IMG/VR virus record: IMGVR_UViG_3300024046_000015
Span: 1-38,469 of that record
Reading direction: 5' to 3' (one strand)
Source: a virus
Lineage: Duplodnaviria; Caudoviricetes
DNA length: 38,469 bases
Position numbers and translations under genes: made by a program. The notes beneath the pieces are model-generated. The model did not search any database, had not been told where the DNA came from, and worked only from the letters and a program-made list of their open reading frames with translations. The stretch's first letter is position 1. Every line of letters starts with the position of its first letter. Positions 35,221-38,469 of the stretch are shown piece by piece.

Positions 35221-36137
35221 TGGGTGCCATCCAGATCACTGCCAACAAGGCGCTGCATGCCGATAGCGGATGGACCCTGCTGGGTAACGCTGCCTACTCA
35301 CACCGGGACAGCTCCCGCGTCTTTGAGCACAAGGGCCTACTCTACCTCTCCAACGGCTACCAGCCGGGCCATATCCTGCTGCCGGACCTCTGGCGATCAT
35401 ACGATGGCATCAACTGGCACCTGGTCAACGATGCCACCCCATACACGGGGTGGTGCCCCGTCATATCGTTCAAGGGCGCCATTGTGGCGCTCGGCGATCC
35501 GGTGATGATCAGCGAGGATGACGGGCTGACCTTCACCGCGGTTGCTGGCGATCCGCCGTTTGCAACCGAGGCCAACACGCGGAAAACCTGGTGGCCGATC
35601 GATCGGGGTGATCGGCTGATCATGTGCGGCCAGGGCCACGTCTGGTGGACCGAGGACCTTGAGAATTGGTCAACCGAGGACATGCCGTTCTATCGCGAGA
35701 ATTATGCGCTGTGGGACCTCAAGGGTCGTCTCTACATCGCCGCCGGCAGCGACGTTACGACGCCCAACGATCCGCCCGAGCAGCAATATCCAGATAGCAC
35801 CTCGTTCAACGATGTCTGGGTGGCGGACGATCCGATTTCCGGCCCCTGGACGCGCATCCTTGAGTTCGCCCCCTGGGCCGCGCGCATGTGGCCCGGGTTT
35901 GCGGTGCATGGCGACGAGATGGTCATCATGGGTGGCTACAACAATCGCGCCGGCGTCAATTTTGGCGACACCTGGGCCAGCCGCGATGGCGTGAGCTGGC
36001 GGGAAATCGCGGGCACGACGCTACCCGCCCGGCACTATCCTCAGGCTTTCAGCCGCTTCGGAAAGCTTATCCTCAACAACGGCAACATGAATGCCGGCAC
36101 CACCGGGACCTATAACGACATGTACGAGCTGGTGTGA
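35220..36137 (+). CDS. Kelch/Asp-box-like beta-propeller protein (305 aa)
   Basis: Repeats RSYDGINW, ISEDDGLTF, WTEDLENW, ASRDGVSW plus GG...DxW kelch-like signatures; TGATG-coupled to the fibre. Confidence 0.75.
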   Translation: MGAIQITANKALHADSGWTLLGNAAYSHRDSSRVFEHKGLLYLSNGYQPGHILLPDLWRSYDGINWHLVNDATPYTGWCPVISFKGAIVALGDPVMISEDDGLTFTAVAGDPPFATEANTRKTWWPIDRGDRLIMCGQGHVWWTEDLENWSTEDMPFYRENYALWDLKGRLYIAAGSDVTTPNDPPEQQYPDSTSFNDVWVADDPISGPWTRILEFAPWAARMWPGFAVHGDEMVIMGGYNNRAGVNFGDTWASRDGVSWREIAGTTLPARHYPQAFSRFGKLILNNGNMNAGTTGTYNDMYELV

Positions 36138-36176
36138 GGACCGGCGTGCTCTAGCCGTCAGAAGTGATAGTTGATG

Positions 36177-36449
36177 CTACCTTTTCGACCGCCTCCAGCC
36201 GGCGGCCCTTGCCTCTTCCTCACTGCAAAACCAACGCTCGCCATGCGACGCACTGATGCGCGTGTCGTTGTAATATTCCTGACCGGGGACGTGGTAGATG
36301 CGCTCGCCCTGCGTGCTGACATTGCCTTTGATGTTGCAGTTCTGGGCCGCGACCATGAATTGGGACGTCCCGCTATCGGGCAGGCTGAAAACCGTGACGC
36401 CGGCAAAGCCTATCGCCCCGGCGATGGCAAGCTGGACTGCTGTGTGCAT
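36177..36449 (-). CDS. Small exported protein with CxIKGN...YH...WFC domain (ExoI-like, nuclease-associated C-terminal domain); moron
   Basis: 90 aa, MHTAVQLAIAGAIGFAG...CNIKGNVS...IYHVPGQEYY...ERWFCSEEEARAAGWR; GGAG RBS 8 nt upstream; antisense to the late operon. Confidence 0.8.
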   Translation of the reverse strand: MHTAVQLAIAGAIGFAGVTVFSLPDSGTSQFMVAAQNCNIKGNVSTQGERIYHVPGQEYYNDTRISASHGERWFCSEEEARAAGWRRSKR

Positions 36450-36548
36450 CGCATAATCTCCCGGCAGTATCGCAACACCTTCGGGACCCGTCCGCAAGGC
36501 TGATCCGCCGCGGCGGTAAACACTGACTTTCCAACATCGGAGATCACC

Positions 36549-37505
36549 ATGAATTTCGTGGGTACAGGGCGTCGCCTGGTGCAGGGCGACGTGGGCGCGG
36601 CTGCGCGCGCCATCGGTATCGAGACGGCTGTTTTGCTGGCCTTTCTCGAGGTTGAGGCGGCGGGCAGGGGATTTGACAGCCGGAACCGACCGAAAATGCT
36701 GTTCGAGCCGCATGTCATGTATCGCAATACGGATGGCTCGGTGCGGCAGCGGGCCGTCTCGGCCGGTGTGGCTTATGCAAAATGGCGGGCCGGCGCCTAT
36801 CCGGCCGACAGCTATCCGCGCCTCTCGACGGCCATCGGCATCGCGCGCGAGCCGGCCTTTCGGTCGGGCTCTTATGGTCTGCCGCAGATCCTCGGCGCAA
36901 ACCACAAAGCGGCGGGTTTCTCCTCGGCTGAGGCGATGTTCGGCGTCATGCGGCAGGGCGAGCGCGAGCAGCTGATGGCCATGGTCGCACTGCTCCAGGC
37001 GTGGGGGCTGGCGGCGCAGTTGCGTGGCAAGGACTTTTCCAAGCCCGGCAGCTGGGCCGATGCGGCCCGGAAATACAACGGCAAGAGTTATGCGGTGCAC
37101 GGCTATCACACCCGCCTTGCCGCTGCCTATGTCAAGCATGCCGCCGGCGAGGCCATGGCGCTGCCGGCCGGCGCCAGCGCGCTGCTGGCGCGCGGCATGA
37201 AGGGCGAGGCCGTGCGCAATCTGCAAGCCGACCTGCAGGTGCTTGGTTTCCGCTTTTTGCAGGGTGTCGACGGTCGTTTCGGGGCTGAGACCGAGGCCAA
37301 TGTGCGGCTGTTCCAGGCCGGCGCCGGGCTGGCGATCGACGGCAAGGCGGGCTCTGCCACGCAGGAGGCCATAACTCGCGCCCTGGCGACCAAGGACGAG
37401 GACTTTTCACCGCCGCCGCCGGAGCGGCGGGAAGCCCCGCAAAACCTGCTCTCGATCATCCTGGCCGCGATGGCGGCCTTTTTCATGCGCCACGGAAAGG
37501 ACTGA
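36549..37505 (+). CDS. Endolysin: N-acetylmuramidase (DUF3380-like) plus peptidoglycan-binding domain
   Basis: VEAAG, LFEPH, SYGLPQILGANH, ARKYNG; LARGMKGEAVRNLQ...VDGRFG...FQ...DGKAG; GGAG RBS. Confidence 0.92.
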   Translation: MNFVGTGRRLVQGDVGAAARAIGIETAVLLAFLEVEAAGRGFDSRNRPKMLFEPHVMYRNTDGSVRQRAVSAGVAYAKWRAGAYPADSYPRLSTAIGIAREPAFRSGSYGLPQILGANHKAAGFSSAEAMFGVMRQGEREQLMAMVALLQAWGLAAQLRGKDFSKPGSWADAARKYNGKSYAVHGYHTRLAAAYVKHAAGEAMALPAGASALLARGMKGEAVRNLQADLQVLGFRFLQGVDGRFGAETEANVRLFQAGAGLAIDGKAGSATQEAITRALATKDEDFSPPPPERREAPQNLLSIILAAMAAFFMRHGKD

Positions 37506-37509
37506 CGCG

Positions 37510-37758
37510 ATGACCAAACCGCTCGAAACGCTGGTGCGCTGGCGCACCTGGATCGTCAACCTGGTGCTGGCGATACTGCTGATCGCACCGGAAATCCTCA
37601 GCTCGCCGGAAGTGCTGGCCATCGTGCCGGCCGAGTGGCAGCGCTGGGTGCTGGTGGCGGCCTTCCTGGTCAATATCCTCATGCGCCCGCGGGCCGCGGT
37701 GCTGCCGTCCGATCCCGAGGTCGACATGCGCCGCAACAGGATCGGGAAGGGCCGGTGA
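37510..37758 (+). CDS. Putative holin (2 TM, 82 aa)
   Basis: WRTWIVN followed by two hydrophobic helices and a basic C-terminus; follows the endolysin. Confidence 0.7.
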   Translation: MTKPLETLVRWRTWIVNLVLAILLIAPEILSSPEVLAIVPAEWQRWVLVAAFLVNILMRPRAAVLPSDPEVDMRRNRIGKGR

Positions 37759-38066
37759 TGGCCTCGATCTCGAAAATTCTCCGTCAAACTCAGGACGGTT
37801 TGATGTTCTGGTGCCCTGGTTGCGATGGCGCGCATCAGGTCAGGGTAGGCGAGGGGACCGGGCCTCGGTGGGGTTACAATGGTAATCCGGATGCACCGAC
37901 GTTCACACCCTCCATTCTCGTGCGGATGGGCGATCCCGACAATCCCGGGCGCGATCTGATGCGCTGCCATTCCTTCGTGCGGGACGGCCAGATCCAGTTT
38001 CTCAGCGACTGTACCCACGCACTTGCCGGGCAGACCGTCCCGATTCCTCCGTTCGACGAGGCCTGA
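37758..38066 (+). CDS. Cys/His-rich putative metal-binding protein (DUF6527-like, 102 aa)
   Basis: FWCPGCDGAH...WGYNGN...PTFTPSIL...CHSFVRDGQIQFLSDCTH; TGATG-coupled. Confidence 0.75.
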   Translation: MASISKILRQTQDGLMFWCPGCDGAHQVRVGEGTGPRWGYNGNPDAPTFTPSILVRMGDPDNPGRDLMRCHSFVRDGQIQFLSDCTHALAGQTVPIPPFDEA

Positions 38067-38067
38067 A

Positions 38068-38469
38068 ATGCTCACAACCATCCTCAACTGGCTGGGCGGC
38101 GGGGTTGTGAAGCAATTCACCGACCCGCTGCTGGCGGCCTATCAGGCCCGGCTGGCCGCGCAGAACGACATTGAGCGGCTGGAGGCGGACAAGACCATTG
38201 CCCGCATCGAGGCGGCGCGCGACATCGCCGTCGCCGAGGCCGGCCGGGCCTGGTCGGCGACCTCAGTCGGCCGCTGGCTTATCGTGGTGCCGTTTGGCCT
38301 GTGGTGGGCGGCGATCTATCTGGTGCAGATCGTCAACCCATGGTTCGGGCTCGACCTGGTGGTCATCGACGTGCCGCCGCGCATCCACGACATGGCGCTG
38401 GTGCTCGTGCCCGCCATCGTCATCGCCGACGCCGGCGCCTTCGCGGCGCGCCTCGTGGGCAGGCGCTGA
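38068..38469 (+). CDS. Putative holin-like membrane protein (133 aa, 3TM-holin-like)
   Basis: Amphipathic N-terminus, coiled-coil, then two hydrophobic segments; GAGG RBS; lysis cassette position. Confidence 0.6.
   Translation: MLTTILNWLGGGVVKQFTDPLLAAYQARLAAQNDIERLEADKTIARIEAARDIAVAEAGRAWSATSVGRWLIVVPFGLWWAAIYLVQIVNPWFGLDLVVIDVPPRIHDMALVLVPAIVIADAGAFAARLVGRR

Larger units (their letters stand above)
1..38469. mobile_element. Temperate siphovirus prophage (lambdoid organisation, HK97-type head)
   Basis: Complete ordered modules from integrase to lysis; no disrupted core gene seen; att sites lie outside the window. Confidence 0.95.

Noticed and set aside
33082-36137. Diversity-generating retroelement or invertible tail fibre cassette
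   Set aside because: No reverse transcriptase, invertase, template repeat or inverted crossover sites seen in the window.
1-38469. attL/attR direct repeats and tRNA genes
   Set aside because: The window is trimmed to gene boundaries; no terminal repeat or tRNA cloverleaf was recognised by eye.

Overview
The window is a near-complete, GC-rich temperate siphovirus prophage with lambdoid organisation, most likely from an alphaproteobacterium (Hyphomicrobiales-like; host is inferred, not shown). It runs from the integrase stop codon to the stop codon of a holin-like gene, and no att sites are visible. Left to right: tyrosine integrase and overlapping excisionase; a tightly coupled leftward early operon (HD hydrolase, two tiny membrane peptides, hypotheticals); an immunity region (membrane accessory gene, S24-type CI repressor, Cro-like gene) with readable CGGA-N6-TCCG operators and pL/pR/pRM-like promoters; a rightward early operon with a CII-like regulator, a minimal C5-methyltransferase-like protein, a helicase/amino-methyltransferase fusion, a primase and a D5/P4-type helicase; an iteron-rich putative origin with a G-quadruplex-like core; a candidate late regulator followed by a promoter and terminator; an HK97-type head module; a long non-contractile tail module with a frameshifting chaperone, a mosaic tail fibre and a beta-propeller protein; an antisense moron; and a lysis cassette with a Cys/His-rich gene between two holin-like genes. 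All product calls come from motif recognition and synteny, not database searches. The most novel-looking signals are regulatory: an RBS-sequestering hairpin at pL, the origin architecture, and a possible Q-like antitermination system.
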